A DNA stretch of 64,000 nucleotides, from the IMG/VR virus record IMGVR_UViG_3300035208_006730. One strand, 5' to 3'. Positions 38,824 to 48,715 of the stretch are shown in pieces (within the stretch, counting starts at the first letter, position 1; each line of letters begins with the position of its first letter). Origin of the DNA: a virus. Lineage: Duplodnaviria > Caudoviricetes. Below the pieces are notes generated by a model, which saw nothing but the letters and a program-made list of their open reading frames with translations, ran no database searches and had not been told where the DNA came from. The translations under genes were made by a program, and so were the position numbers.

Positions 38824-40602
38824 CTATTCTCCAGAGATCCAGTCATTAATCTGTTCGATGCCTATTATACCTGTGTTATTAAATTGACACCCAAATACAA
38901 TTCTACTAGGAGTGACCAAAGTGTCAACTATTCCAGCTAAATATGGATCGATTACTGGGTCGCCAGTCGAAAGCGTTGTTGCTGAAGATGGTACTGCTGG
39001 CCGCTGACCTCCTGGAACTGTCTCGTAATTCAACGGAGGAGTAATTAGCGGTGCAAGTATATCTCGAATTGGATCTATCTGTTCGTCTGGTTCGTCGATG
39101 TGAACTTCACCGTCTGGACCAGTCCATACTTTCCATCCCTTATCCTGAGCGTATTTGTTCGCCATATTGCTTTCTACGATTCTTTTTAAATCTTCTTTAT
39201 CGCAGTTTGGTGAACCTTTCATTGCGTTAATAATTGTAGCGATAGCGGCGATCAAACGGATAAGAGCTAGCTTCTGAGCTTGAGCTCGACCAGTACTCTT
39301 GGAGTATCCAACACAATATTCTTCAACTAGTTTCATGAACTCGCCTACAGCTGTATTGGCAAGTTGCTGGAATCTAGTGGCAGATTGCTGAAGAAAACTG
39401 GCTATGTCATTAGTGAAAGACTGCAGCATTCCTCCAAATCTTCGACCCCAATCAGCATTATCTTTCATTAACTTCGCTGACTTATCTACTCCAGCATTAA
39501 ACGCTTTTCTTCCGCCACCAGTTTCATCTAAAGACTTTGTTTTCCATCCAGCATCTGTCGGATGAGATGGAGTAGAAGCATTGATCGAACCAAGATGATA
39601 TTTATTGGTATCAAACGTCTTTAACTGTTCGTCTGTTGGAATCTCTCCATTCTTTTTGGGGTCTCGGTAGAACATCTGCATGGGCGCGGGGCCACGAAGT
39701 CTAAAGTCTGGGAGTTTAAATGATGACCAATCTAGCTTTCTTGAGAAATTGATTATTGCGTTGATGATGCATTGGATTGGTTTCAATATCAGGTTCATAA
39801 ACTGAATCAGAAGATTTACAAATTCCTGTAATATCGGCATTATCAAGGGGGCAACAAATGACAAAACTAGATCAATCAACATCCCATCAAGAACGATTGA
39901 AATGTCCTGTAGAAGAGCTGAAAGAGCAGCAAGCATTGTGAAAAGATCTGGAAAACATACCCAGTTCAACATAAATTCGATGAAAGCACATGGATCAATG
40001 TATTGCCCAATACCTTTGAGCATGTTTATCATTTCATTGATTTGAGCTATAGTTTCCCGCCAAAACTTTTCGAACGCTTCTCTAACGCTATCAAATGGAT
40101 TGGTTAAAAGACCTTTTGCGTCTTTACCCCATCGAGCAAATTCTTCGCCGATACTACGAAAGTCACAAGGAATGCAATCTTTAAACATCTTTCGACGGAA
40201 AGCTTCACCCATTTCTTTAGAAGAGGTGTTATCTTGAGAACCTGAGTCTGACTGTTGTTTGCTCTCGTCCTTTTCAAAAAGACTGCCAATTGCTCCTGGG
40301 ATGGGGAGTAGCGCAGATGCGATTTTCATCGGAACTTTGAAAACATCGGCCGCGCCCGAGCGTCCTTCATCAATTAGGCTTTCTAACTCTTTACTCTGCT
40401 CCTTCAGGTCATTGGAAAAGGCTTGAAGACGTTTACCTGTAGCTAAATCGGTAAATCTTTTCGAAGCTTTGTACATAGAACCTGTATTCGCAAGTTGTGG
40501 AACAAACATTGCGTACACAGATCTCTCGTCTGTAGAGAATGCACAACCATGCTCAAAAGCTCGAATGATCGTAAAACAGTCTGCAAAATCTGCGGTTGCC
40601 AT
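38824..40602 (-). CDS. Hypothetical protein with long hydrophobic helices and Cys motifs
   Basis: 592 aa; CIPC; hydrophobic stretch at ~aa 205-285; between terminase and portal. Confidence 0.55.
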   Translation of the reverse strand: MATADFADCFTIIRAFEHGCAFSTDERSVYAMFVPQLANTGSMYKASKRFTDLATGKRLQAFSNDLKEQSKELESLIDEGRSGAADVFKVPMKIASALLPIPGAIGSLFEKDESKQQSDSGSQDNTSSKEMGEAFRRKMFKDCIPCDFRSIGEEFARWGKDAKGLLTNPFDSVREAFEKFWRETIAQINEMINMLKGIGQYIDPCAFIEFMLNWVCFPDLFTMLAALSALLQDISIVLDGMLIDLVLSFVAPLIMPILQEFVNLLIQFMNLILKPIQCIINAIINFSRKLDWSSFKLPDFRLRGPAPMQMFYRDPKKNGEIPTDEQLKTFDTNKYHLGSINASTPSHPTDAGWKTKSLDETGGGRKAFNAGVDKSAKLMKDNADWGRRFGGMLQSFTNDIASFLQQSATRFQQLANTAVGEFMKLVEEYCVGYSKSTGRAQAQKLALIRLIAAIATIINAMKGSPNCDKEDLKRIVESNMANKYAQDKGWKVWTGPDGEVHIDEPDEQIDPIRDILAPLITPPLNYETVPGGQRPAVPSSATTLSTGDPVIDPYLAGIVDTLVTPSRIVFGCQFNNTGIIGIEQINDWISGE

Positions 40603-41324
40603 TAGGCGGCTCCCCCAAACTGTTCAGTCATATCTGAATTCAAATCAGTTAGTTGCTGTTTGGCTTGAGCACCACTGTTTGGAGTACAAATTTCTTCTGG
40701 AATCAGTTGATTTAGAGGAGGCGGAATAATACTCCGAATAACCTTTAGGAGAAACATTTTCCACAACATATTCATTAACATACAAAGGAGCATATCCTGA
40801 AACTCTTCGATATCAATTGGCTCAATCACTTGGCCCTGTTTGGTTAACTCTGGTCTATTTAATCCAGCCTTAGCACTATCTGAGAGCGCTTGAATCGGAA
40901 TATCTTCTGGATTAGCTCTCATTCGCTGGATTTCGTCTTGATCTGGAATTAACGTTTCAGCAACATCATTGCCTCTTTGAGATAAACCTTCACGACATTC
41001 TTTGTATTGGCGATAGGTTATTCTTGGTTTATCGATCTTGAAGCGACGACGAAGAGCATCTATGACATGTTTGTCTCGAATTGGATCTAGGTCAATGTAA
41101 AAACTGTCACATTCTATGTCAACCTTAGCTTGAACTGCTTCAGCTAAGATACGTCCAGCTTGAGCTAGATTGTCTATAATTTTAAATTTGTCGTCTTCTT
41201 TTTGGGGAGATAGTCTTTCAGGTAGCCCTTCAGGAGGTGGGCCGTCAAATTTTGGTTCTATGTATCTAATCTTAGGACGATAATTTAATATACCCTGATC
41301 TTCTTTGTCTATCTTTTTTGTCAT
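40602..41324 (-). CDS. Hypothetical protein
   Basis: 240 aa; overlapping stop/start with both neighbours; hydrophobic C-terminal helix. Confidence 0.55.
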   Translation of the reverse strand: MTKKIDKEDQGILNYRPKIRYIEPKFDGPPPEGLPERLSPQKEDDKFKIIDNLAQAGRILAEAVQAKVDIECDSFYIDLDPIRDKHVIDALRRRFKIDKPRITYRQYKECREGLSQRGNDVAETLIPDQDEIQRMRANPEDIPIQALSDSAKAGLNRPELTKQGQVIEPIDIEEFQDMLLCMLMNMLWKMFLLKVIRSIIPPPLNQLIPEEICTPNSGAQAKQQLTDLNSDMTEQFGGAA

Positions 41325-41770
41325 TAGACATCGCTTTCGGTCGCGGAAACCTTAAATCGTACGGTCTTTAGCCGTTGAACTGGGATAGATGCTGGAATTT
41401 CGATTCGAATCCAAACTGGTAACCAAGTATTGGTGTCAGTAAGATCTGAAAGATCTATTTCCCCTGGGGAACCTGGGATAGCGTAGTTAATTGTTGACCA
41501 TTCGTCTGATGTTGGTTGTGTATCGCCCGCGAAAAGTTTGAAAGAAAATCCATCATCTCCACCAACAAAATCGATCTCCAAAGTGTCAAATTGCTCGATT
41601 GACATAGATATATCTTCGTAAACGTGCAAACTGTCATCGTTTCTTACGAAAATTTTTACTTCATGGATACCACCAATTCGGCCATCGAAGTTATGTAAAA
41701 ATGCGTTAGTGAATGTACCAGAACTATATGGGGTACTGTCGCCCTGATTTTCGTAGAGCTGAATTGACAT
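41324..41770 (-). CDS. Hypothetical beta-rich virion protein
   Basis: 148 aa; coupled to the terminase stop; PVWIRIEIP motif. Confidence 0.5.
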   Translation of the reverse strand: MSIQLYENQGDSTPYSSGTFTNAFLHNFDGRIGGIHEVKIFVRNDDSLHVYEDISMSIEQFDTLEIDFVGGDDGFSFKLFAGDTQPTSDEWSTINYAIPGSPGEIDLSDLTDTNTWLPVWIRIEIPASIPVQRLKTVRFKVSATESDV

Positions 41771-44700
41771 TAGATATTACTCCTCTGCGGTCGATAGGTC
41801 CTGGACCTAATGATAGCATTGCCAGATTCCTTTGTCACTCCAAAGTATTTTCGCATGTTAACTACGCGACTATTTTCTGCAACGTGAGCAGCTGGAATGA
41901 TGGTTTTGGGTCTAGTAAAAAGATCCGTTCTTTGTTCTGGCTTTTTGATTTCTTTAGATTTTTCTTCTGAAACAACAAATCCCATTTTCGCAAGAGGAAC
42001 GTCATCTGTACGAACCTCGCTGCCAGCAGAAAGATTGATTCCTTTAGTAAATCTAACATCTGTGACTGGAACTGGCTTGCCAAGGCCACTAAACTCAAGA
42101 GCAAAAGCTACAAGCCCCAGCATTACCGCGTCTAACTCATGATCTCCACTCTCACCTGGCTTATAGACCGCTTTACCAGAAGGAGCCACATGATCAATGA
42201 CATAGCCTTGCAATTGAGAACTAAGCTGTTCGTCTTCTTCTGGATAACGGAAAAGTCCATTCTCAATGTACCGAACAGCATTTTCGACCATAAAGTTCTT
42301 AGCTGGTTCTTTTTTCTTTTCTCGAGTGAAAAGATCTCTGATCTCAACTGTTGAGCCAGAGTCATAAAAGAATGTACATCGAAGGAATGCATCTGGATGA
42401 TTCGGCCCGCGTTGTTCATCTGCAAGGGCATCGTATCCCCATTTATGTAACATCTCTTCTTGTGTTGCTCCAAATCCTTTATCTGCATAAATCGCTTTTG
42501 GCTTCCAGATTCGATTAAGCCGAGCAATCTCTTCGCACGCTTTGTGCTGAGTATATCCGACCTGCTGTACGCAACAAAAGTCTACAAGATAAATGTACTT
42601 ATTAGATGGATTTTCTCCAAGAACTACAATATTTACACCATTCTTAATATCATTCCAGTCGCAACCAATAATATAACGCCATCCAGTAGTTGGGACAAAA
42701 TCTCCATATTTATAGTTACTTTTGGCGATAGAGATGTATTGATTTTGGAAAACCCCGCCCTCCATTTCCCCAAATTCCGAAAGAACTTCGTGTATATAGC
42801 CTATTCTGGTTAAACGTTTTTTATAGAACAAATCAAGTTTTTCATTCCACAGGGGATTTTCCGTAGATGGAAGATGGAACTCTTTAATTGTGTCGTCAAA
42901 ACACATCTTGTAAAAACTCTCTCGTTTGCCCGTAGGAGTAGAGCTGGCCCAAGTTTGGGCATCTGGAGAGTTTGTAATAATCGACATCGCAGCATCCATG
43001 TCGTCTTCATTCAGCATGTCTGATTCGTCAAAAACTAGAAGATTAGCGTGCTGACCACGGGCTGCTGCTGCACCATTATTAGATTTGCTTCCCGCAGTGA
43101 ATCCGATAACGCTCGACTTGTTTGCTAGTTCAAGTGTATATTGGGGAGCCTTCACTGAACGGACAATGGAGTTGCGAAGTTTTTCAGAGCTAAGGATTAA
43201 ATCATTTAAACGTTTAAATACAAGATCAATTTGCGATTGAAATGGAGCAATAAGAACTATCGCAAAACCTTCATCCTCTGGACAGTCCGGTCTCATGAAA
43301 AGAAGATAAAGCATTGCGATTACAAGAGCTTCCGTATTATGTGTAATAATATTGTTTGCAATGAAATTATGCGTATCTGGAACAGTTAAATCCCATGTCA
43401 TTTTATTACCAACATGGATAACAGATCTTACGCGAATAAAAGCTATGTCACCATCTTCATAAACTTCTGTTTTCGGAGAAGCCTTCATTTGAAGAGACAT
43501 TCTATAAACAGCTTCTACTGCTTGATCTTTACCTAATATCCCAATTTTATTTCGAAAGTTTTTTATAGATTCCTTTCTAGAGATACAGATTTGACGCGCA
43601 TATAGTTTGCCCTCTTTGCACTTTACTGTCTTGAATCTAACGTCAGCGTAAATGCAAAATCTAGCCAATAGGGCGATTATTTGGCTAGCTAGCCTTTCTG
43701 AAACTGTACAGTAACCAATTTGAATTTGACCCCTTTTAGAAATAGAAGCCCAACCATCACACCCAAATAAACATCGTAATAATTCAATCGTATTTTCATC
43801 ATCTAGGGTCATGAACTCATCGGGAATATACTTTTTATGCGAGTTAAGGCCATAAATACCTATTGTCTTTAACCATTCCTTAAGTGGATGTAATTTACCA
43901 ACACCTTCTCCTAAAATATGGTAATCGCAATTAGTCTTATCTGATTCATATTGGTATAGTGTACAGTTATAGTTTTTTAATGCAGTCTCAAAACGAGAGA
44001 GTATTTGTTCATTCGTATTAGAAAATCTGCAATTATTGGAGGTTAGATTTCCATCCGCAATCATACATCCAAGAATTGTCATTTGGTAATTTGGAACATG
44101 TTTCGTTAAGCTCAGGTTTAAGTTCTTTGGGACAGCTACATAGCAGTCATTAGTTAAATCTTGAGCTTCTAACCACTTATCTTCTAAAATTACATGTCTT
44201 AATCCAGTAGTTGCTTTACCCTGTTTTTGTCTGACCAAAAATGGATGATGCTCAGTAGCCTCTATTTCCCTACCATCCATTAAAGTAATACGCATTACTG
44301 GTTTAATTCCATTACAAGCACGAAGAGCAGGGTTAACTACAGTAAAATAATTCCTATCTAGAGATACTACTAAATCTCCATCCTGAACTTCTTCTATTGG
44401 ACGTTGACTACCATCTGCCATCTGAATCAACGTACCAGAGACTAAACATTTTCCAAGCTGTCTTCCTAGTCGGTATACCTTTTGTTTGGCTGAGCAATTA
44501 TGAACTACCAAACCATTAGCTATAAAATTATGTCGCGTATCTACTTCAATATCGTAAACAATTTCTTGGCCCGCATATTCTATATTGACGATTTTGGTGC
44601 GTGTCAGACAAGAAAGACCGCCATGCCGACGCCAATGCGTACGCATCGCCAAATTATCAATTGCTTTTCTACTCTCTAATTCCTTCCCATACACTAGACC

Positions 44701-46032
44701 ACAGAAATTAAAAAATTGTTCCTGATCGGCAATACGCTCTATTCTAAGAGAAACTCCCTTAGCATCAATATCTTTTTTATCTTTATAAATATGGCTCGCA
44801 TATATCCCAATTTTTTTTAATAAATACCTAAATAAAAGTAAAAAATTTCTATTACCATTTGATAAATTCAAATGCGTAATTCCAAAGCCGCCCTCGGCCC
44901 CTTCGTAGGTATAAATACAACCATCGCCAGACCAACAGCGATTAATAAAAGCGCCCAAGGCAATAGCGGAAAAATGAAACGCATATTGTAAAATACTGAT
45001 TTCTCGTGTTATCTTGTCATAACAACCAATCGATCTCAGAAAAACCAGTAAAGGTGAATCGCGATTAGAGAAAGCTACACTCCAAAACCTATGATGAGTA
45101 ACTCCATCTTTGCTGATACGCTCAGGATGAAATCTAATTTCACTGTCTTTAAGTCCAAAAACTTTATCCGCTAACATAACAAATTCATCGACATATTCTT
45201 TGCGGATATTACTAAATTCAACTACGTGTTTTTCCCCAATTTTACCAGAGTTGCAAACATATCCGTCAGTTACGATATAGCCTAAAAGTTTAGCTAAATC
45301 CTGATCATTATTGTCCCCAAAAATAGCGAACTGATTGAGCGTATAAACCTTATCGCCAATTGAAAGTCCATCTTCAAGCGTTTTATAAACTCGCTTAAAA
45401 GATTTACAATCGAACATCTCATTAAGAGCCCCATCTTTGTACCAACTCAGAATAGGATGATTTGCCGTTACTTTAAGTGTGTCGCCATTTTCTAATGTAA
45501 CCCTCCAAAGGTCTCTCACTCCATTTTGAAATTTCCGCAATACGGCATAACTTCGTTGTGTTTGTTTTCTCCCCTCGTTATAAGTTACAACTTTATCTCC
45601 CACCTCTACATCACGAATCTTCTTGATCGTACCATCGGCCATAAAAATATCTGTATCGCCATGCAAACATCTCAACAGTGTAGCTTGATAGGGTCGATGA
45701 TATCTTGAATGACCAAGAATACTTTCTCCTGGATGTCTTGCAATCCATTTTTGGTATTCTTTTGGATTTTTACGTTTCCAAACTTCACCGTCTGGATCTA
45801 GGCAATGCCAGTCCAAATAGTCTGCGGCCCAAATGACAGGGTCAAAGAAAGCTTCAATTTCTCTTTTAGTTAGTTCTGGATTATCTCTGATTAGTTCTGG
45901 CGTTGCATACTCTTTTGGAATACCGTCACATTCTATTTTAAATTGAAGTCTGCCGCTTGTGGCTCCAAATTTTTTCTTGTACGCCTTAACGCAAGATATA
46001 CATTCGTGAGAACATTCGTTGAGATTCAGCAT
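41770..46032 (-). CDS. terL: Terminase large subunit with two inteins (~658 aa spliced)
   Basis: Spliced sequence restores RPYQ..GRQLGK|TE (Walker A), ARGQHANLLVFDE (Walker B), SSTPTG, and nuclease motifs IIGCDWN, IYADKGFG, DHELDA. Confidence 0.93.
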   Translation of the reverse strand: MLNLNECSHECISCVKAYKKKFGATSGRLQFKIECDGIPKEYATPELIRDNPELTKREIEAFFDPVIWAADYLDWHCLDPDGEVWKRKNPKEYQKWIARHPGESILGHSRYHRPYQATLLRCLHGDTDIFMADGTIKKIRDVEVGDKVVTYNEGRKQTQRSYAVLRKFQNGVRDLWRVTLENGDTLKVTANHPILSWYKDGALNEMFDCKSFKRVYKTLEDGLSIGDKVYTLNQFAIFGDNNDQDLAKLLGYIVTDGYVCNSGKIGEKHVVEFSNIRKEYVDEFVMLADKVFGLKDSEIRFHPERISKDGVTHHRFWSVAFSNRDSPLLVFLRSIGCYDKITREISILQYAFHFSAIALGAFINRCWSGDGCIYTYEGAEGGFGITHLNLSNGNRNFLLLFRYLLKKIGIYASHIYKDKKDIDAKGVSLRIERIADQEQFFNFCGLVYGKELESRKAIDNLAMRTHWRRHGGLSCLTRTKIVNIEYAGQEIVYDIEVDTRHNFIANGLVVHNCSAKQKVYRLGRQLGKCLVSGTLIQMADGSQRPIEEVQDGDLVVSLDRNYFTVVNPALRACNGIKPVMRITLMDGREIEATEHHPFLVRQKQGKATTGLRHVILEDKWLEAQDLTNDCYVAVPKNLNLSLTKHVPNYQMTILGCMIADGNLTSNNCRFSNTNEQILSRFETALKNYNCTLYQYESDKTNCDYHILGEGVGKLHPLKEWLKTIGIYGLNSHKKYIPDEFMTLDDENTIELLRCLFGCDGWASISKRGQIQIGYCTVSERLASQIIALLARFCIYADVRFKTVKCKEGKLYARQICISRKESIKNFRNKIGILGKDQAVEAVYRMSLQMKASPKTEVYEDGDIAFIRVRSVIHVGNKMTWDLTVPDTHNFIANNIITHNTEALVIAMLYLLFMRPDCPEDEGFAIVLIAPFQSQIDLVFKRLNDLILSSEKLRNSIVRSVKAPQYTLELANKSSVIGFTAGSKSNNGAAAARGQHANLLVFDESDMLNEDDMDAAMSIITNSPDAQTWASSTPTGKRESFYKMCFDDTIKEFHLPSTENPLWNEKLDLFYKKRLTRIGYIHEVLSEFGEMEGGVFQNQYISIAKSNYKYGDFVPTTGWRYIIGCDWNDIKNGVNIVVLGENPSNKYIYLVDFCCVQQVGYTQHKACEEIARLNRIWKPKAIYADKGFGATQEEMLHKWGYDALADEQRGPNHPDAFLRCTFFYDSGSTVEIRDLFTREKKKEPAKNFMVENAVRYIENGLFRYPEEDEQLSSQLQGYVIDHVAPSGKAVYKPGESGDHELDAVMLGLVAFALEFSGLGKPVPVTDVRFTKGINLSAGSEVRTDDVPLAKMGFVVSEEKSKEIKKPEQRTDLFTRPKTIIPAAHVAENSRVVNMRKYFGVTKESGNAIIRSRTYRPQRSNI
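43336..44448 (-). mobile_element. Intein with LAGLIDADG endonuclease (371 aa) in the terminase Walker A
   Basis: GRQLGK|CLVSGTLI..ATEHHPF..TWDLTVPDTHNFIANNIITHN|TEA. Confidence 0.95.
44497..45669 (-). mobile_element. Intein with LAGLIDADG endonuclease (391 aa) in the terminase
   Basis: LLR|CLHGDTDI..VTANHPI..VYDIEVDTRHNFIANGLVVHN|CSA. Confidence 0.95.
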
Positions 46033-46034
46033 CT

Positions 46035-46640
46035 TTAGATCTTTCTAATATGGGGCGCATTAAATTTTTCCCAAATATCGGAAGCGTCAAATGGTGCCGT
46101 GTTGTCCATATTCATTCCAAGAGCACTAAGGCCAGAATTAATTTGAGCTCTATTTTTCATTAGGCCCTCTTCTCGACCAATTTGATATCGTCTCGTAGGC
46201 CAATCCGTTCTCTGTCTAATGGATGGAGGATTATTAAAATGTCTTCTCATTTGTTGTGGTGTTTCGCTTTTAATTATCCTGCTTTTGTACGGATTATTTT
46301 CCCTTTGAAATCCATACTGTCCTCCATTATCCCATTCTGAACGATTTCCTTTTTTGAAATTGCCTCTCTTAAAAAAATCCTTCAAAGTATCGTCTAAAGA
46401 GCTTGCTGGAGCACTTTCAACCGTTTTTCCAACAGAACTGCCCATTAAGCCACGAATATCATTTCTAATTGCTCCGACAAAAGCACTACCCTTTGAACTT
46501 CTAATGAATCTAGCCGACTGCCCAGCTAAAGCTCCAAAAGCAGCACCAATCAAAACTCCAGTACCCAATCCAGTGTCTTCAGAAACACCAGAATAGAGAG
46601 CTCCAATAGCTCCACCAATTCCTGCGCCGATTAGAGACAT
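46035..46640 (-). CDS. Glycine-zipper protein
   Basis: 201 aa; GAGIGGAIGALYSGVSEDTGLGTGVLIGAAFG N-terminus, basic C-terminus. Confidence 0.6.
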   Translation of the reverse strand: MSLIGAGIGGAIGALYSGVSEDTGLGTGVLIGAAFGALAGQSARFIRSSKGSAFVGAIRNDIRGLMGSSVGKTVESAPASSLDDTLKDFFKRGNFKKGNRSEWDNGGQYGFQRENNPYKSRIIKSETPQQMRRHFNNPPSIRQRTDWPTRRYQIGREEGLMKNRAQINSGLSALGMNMDNTAPFDASDIWEKFNAPHIRKI

Positions 46641-47104
46641 TACATCCTCCCTGAACGCCTAATGGCTCCAAATCTATTTGCCTGTTTTCCTGCCCAAGAA
46701 GCAGCTAGACCCGAAATTCTAGTAAGAGGTTCGTTGGCACGGATACCAGAAGAATTCCCAAAGTCTACGGCAAAGTTTCTAACCGAATTCATCATAGAAA
46801 GTCCCATAGAACCTACAGAAAATCTCGAGCCACTCAAAAAGGCAGCACCAATATTTTGATTACGCCCCATAACTCGACCTGCTATAGCTCCAGCTCCAAT
46901 ACGACCGGCAGAAAACATCCCACCCATCATTGCTCCCTGAAGAGCTCCACCAATCATTGTATTATTATCAGAAAATGCTCCATAAGCAGCACCCACGCCT
47001 GCGCCCGAGAGAAGATTTCGACCTAATCGAGTTGAAGTTCCCATACTCCCAAGGTAATTCGCAGCCGCACCAAACCACTTGCTTATTACTGGCATCGGTA
47101 ACAT
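46640..47104 (-). CDS. Glycine-zipper protein
   Basis: 154 aa; GAGVGAAYGAFSDNNTMIGGALQGAMMGG. Confidence 0.6.
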   Translation of the reverse strand: MLPMPVISKWFGAAANYLGSMGTSTRLGRNLLSGAGVGAAYGAFSDNNTMIGGALQGAMMGGMFSAGRIGAGAIAGRVMGRNQNIGAAFLSGSRFSVGSMGLSMMNSVRNFAVDFGNSSGIRANEPLTRISGLAASWAGKQANRFGAIRRSGRM

Positions 47105-47112
47105 TTATTCTC

Positions 47113-47916
47113 CTATCTCATCATTGGAGTGTGCATGAGCATAGCTTCGTTGCCCATTGCAGCTCGACCATTAATAAAACCTCTCTGAATAGCCATCAGA
47201 GACCTCTGTCTCAAAGTAGCAGCATTCCCAAACTGATCTTCAATCGGACTGCAGAATTCTAACTCTCTCAATCCTCGAGTCTTCTTCTGACCATACTCAA
47301 GAGCTTTGTAGGTTCCGTAGGCTGCAGCACCAATGGCAGCTGCAGGCAAAACAGCAGACGATAAGCCACCAAGACCCATCGAAGCAGCTATTGCTTCGCC
47401 AGCCCCTTGAGCTCCCCACATTACTGCACTCTTTCCAAGACTTTTGGCTGCACCCCAAACGCCACCTTCTTTAAACCCCTGATAGACCTCGAACGCGGTA
47501 AATCCTACCGGTAGCGCACCTTTGGCTACAGTGCCCGCTAAACTCTTAATACCGCCCTTAGCAGCCGTTCTAAACGTACCAACTGGACCAAACTTTGAAG
47601 CTCCTTCAACCCCAGAAGCTACTTGTTTAGCGCGCTCACCTTCCCAACCCAAGAAACTCATACCACCAACACCTTCATTCTTCATCCAACCGACAGATTG
47701 AAGCGCTCCGTACTTAGCTCCTCGAGCCATACCAGAGTTCCAACCCCCTCGAAGAAGACGCGATCCTCTCATGTACTCTGAACCTGAAGACCGTTTGGGG
47801 GCGATGGTACTAATTCCCATACCCATTCCAATATTCGCCCCAATGTCAGAGAAAAACCCTCCTCCAACACCAGTCTCAGGAGCCATATCGTTCATTGAAT
47901 AGCCGCTTAATCCCAT
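47113..47916 (-). CDS. Gly/Ala-rich putative virion (ejection) protein
   Basis: 267 aa; Gly-rich hydrophobic helices; C-terminal AATLRQRSLMAIQ..GNEAMLMH. Confidence 0.55.
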   Translation of the reverse strand: MGLSGYSMNDMAPETGVGGGFFSDIGANIGMGMGISTIAPKRSSGSEYMRGSRLLRGGWNSGMARGAKYGALQSVGWMKNEGVGGMSFLGWEGERAKQVASGVEGASKFGPVGTFRTAAKGGIKSLAGTVAKGALPVGFTAFEVYQGFKEGGVWGAAKSLGKSAVMWGAQGAGEAIAASMGLGGLSSAVLPAAAIGAAAYGTYKALEYGQKKTRGLRELEFCSPIEDQFGNAATLRQRSLMAIQRGFINGRAAMGNEAMLMHTPMMR

Positions 47917-48692
47917 TAGCCATGTCTCCTCTGATGGAGGCCATTTACTAACCCATTGGTACTATTTGCTAATTGAGAAAAACCAGCGACAGAAGAAGAG
48001 CCAGAGCTACCAGAAGAAGGCAGTTCACCATTACTTTGAAGTTCACTTTCCATTAAAGCTCTTTCGTCGTACGTTCTGACTAAAGAAGCTTGACTCATTG
48101 AAGAAGTTGTTTCGGGAATGGCCCCAACAGCAGAAAGAGCCGGACCTCCAAGAAGTGCAGCTCCAGAAACCGCAGCAGTAGCACCAAGGATGGCGTTTGG
48201 ATTATTTTTTGCCCAACGGCCTAACCCCTTAGCTCTATTATAGGCTCCAAGCGGAAGATTTGCGTTGCTCGCACGCCCGACAAGATTCTTTGCTCCAGAA
48301 GCTAATGAGTCAGCCCCTCTTCTCAAGAAAGAAGAGCCAAGTTTACCTGCCATTGTCAAACCCAATCCAGCAGTAGCTCCACCCAACATTCCTTGAGTAA
48401 TATCTGAAAATCTATTTTCTGAAGTAGTTCCAGGTCCGAAAGCTGCTTGATAGGCTCCACCAATACCTGCGCCCAACAATCCACGCTTAACAAAGCCCGC
48501 ATCTTTCCAGGCACCTATCCCCAAGTATTCTCTAGTGTTTTTAAGAAAAGATCCTTCAGCAAGTTTGCCTGAAAAACTACCTGCAGACCAATGGGCCAAT
48601 CCTCGGCTAGCACTGCCCACGGCTTGAGCGGCAGATCCAGCTGCACTGAGGCCTAATTTACCAAGTCCAAATAATTGAGTTCCAAGGGACAT
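47916..48692 (-). CDS. Glycine-zipper protein
   Basis: 258 aa; GLLGAGIGGAY..GMLGGATAGLG; GGAGG RBS preceded by TG-n-TATAAT. Confidence 0.6.
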   Translation of the reverse strand: MSLGTQLFGLGKLGLSAAGSAAQAVGSASRGLAHWSAGSFSGKLAEGSFLKNTREYLGIGAWKDAGFVKRGLLGAGIGGAYQAAFGPGTTSENRFSDITQGMLGGATAGLGLTMAGKLGSSFLRRGADSLASGAKNLVGRASNANLPLGAYNRAKGLGRWAKNNPNAILGATAAVSGAALLGGPALSAVGAIPETTSSMSQASLVRTYDERALMESELQSNGELPSSGSSGSSSVAGFSQLANSTNGLVNGLHQRRHG

Positions 48693-48715
48693 TTTCGTCC
48701 TCCAAGAAGATTATA

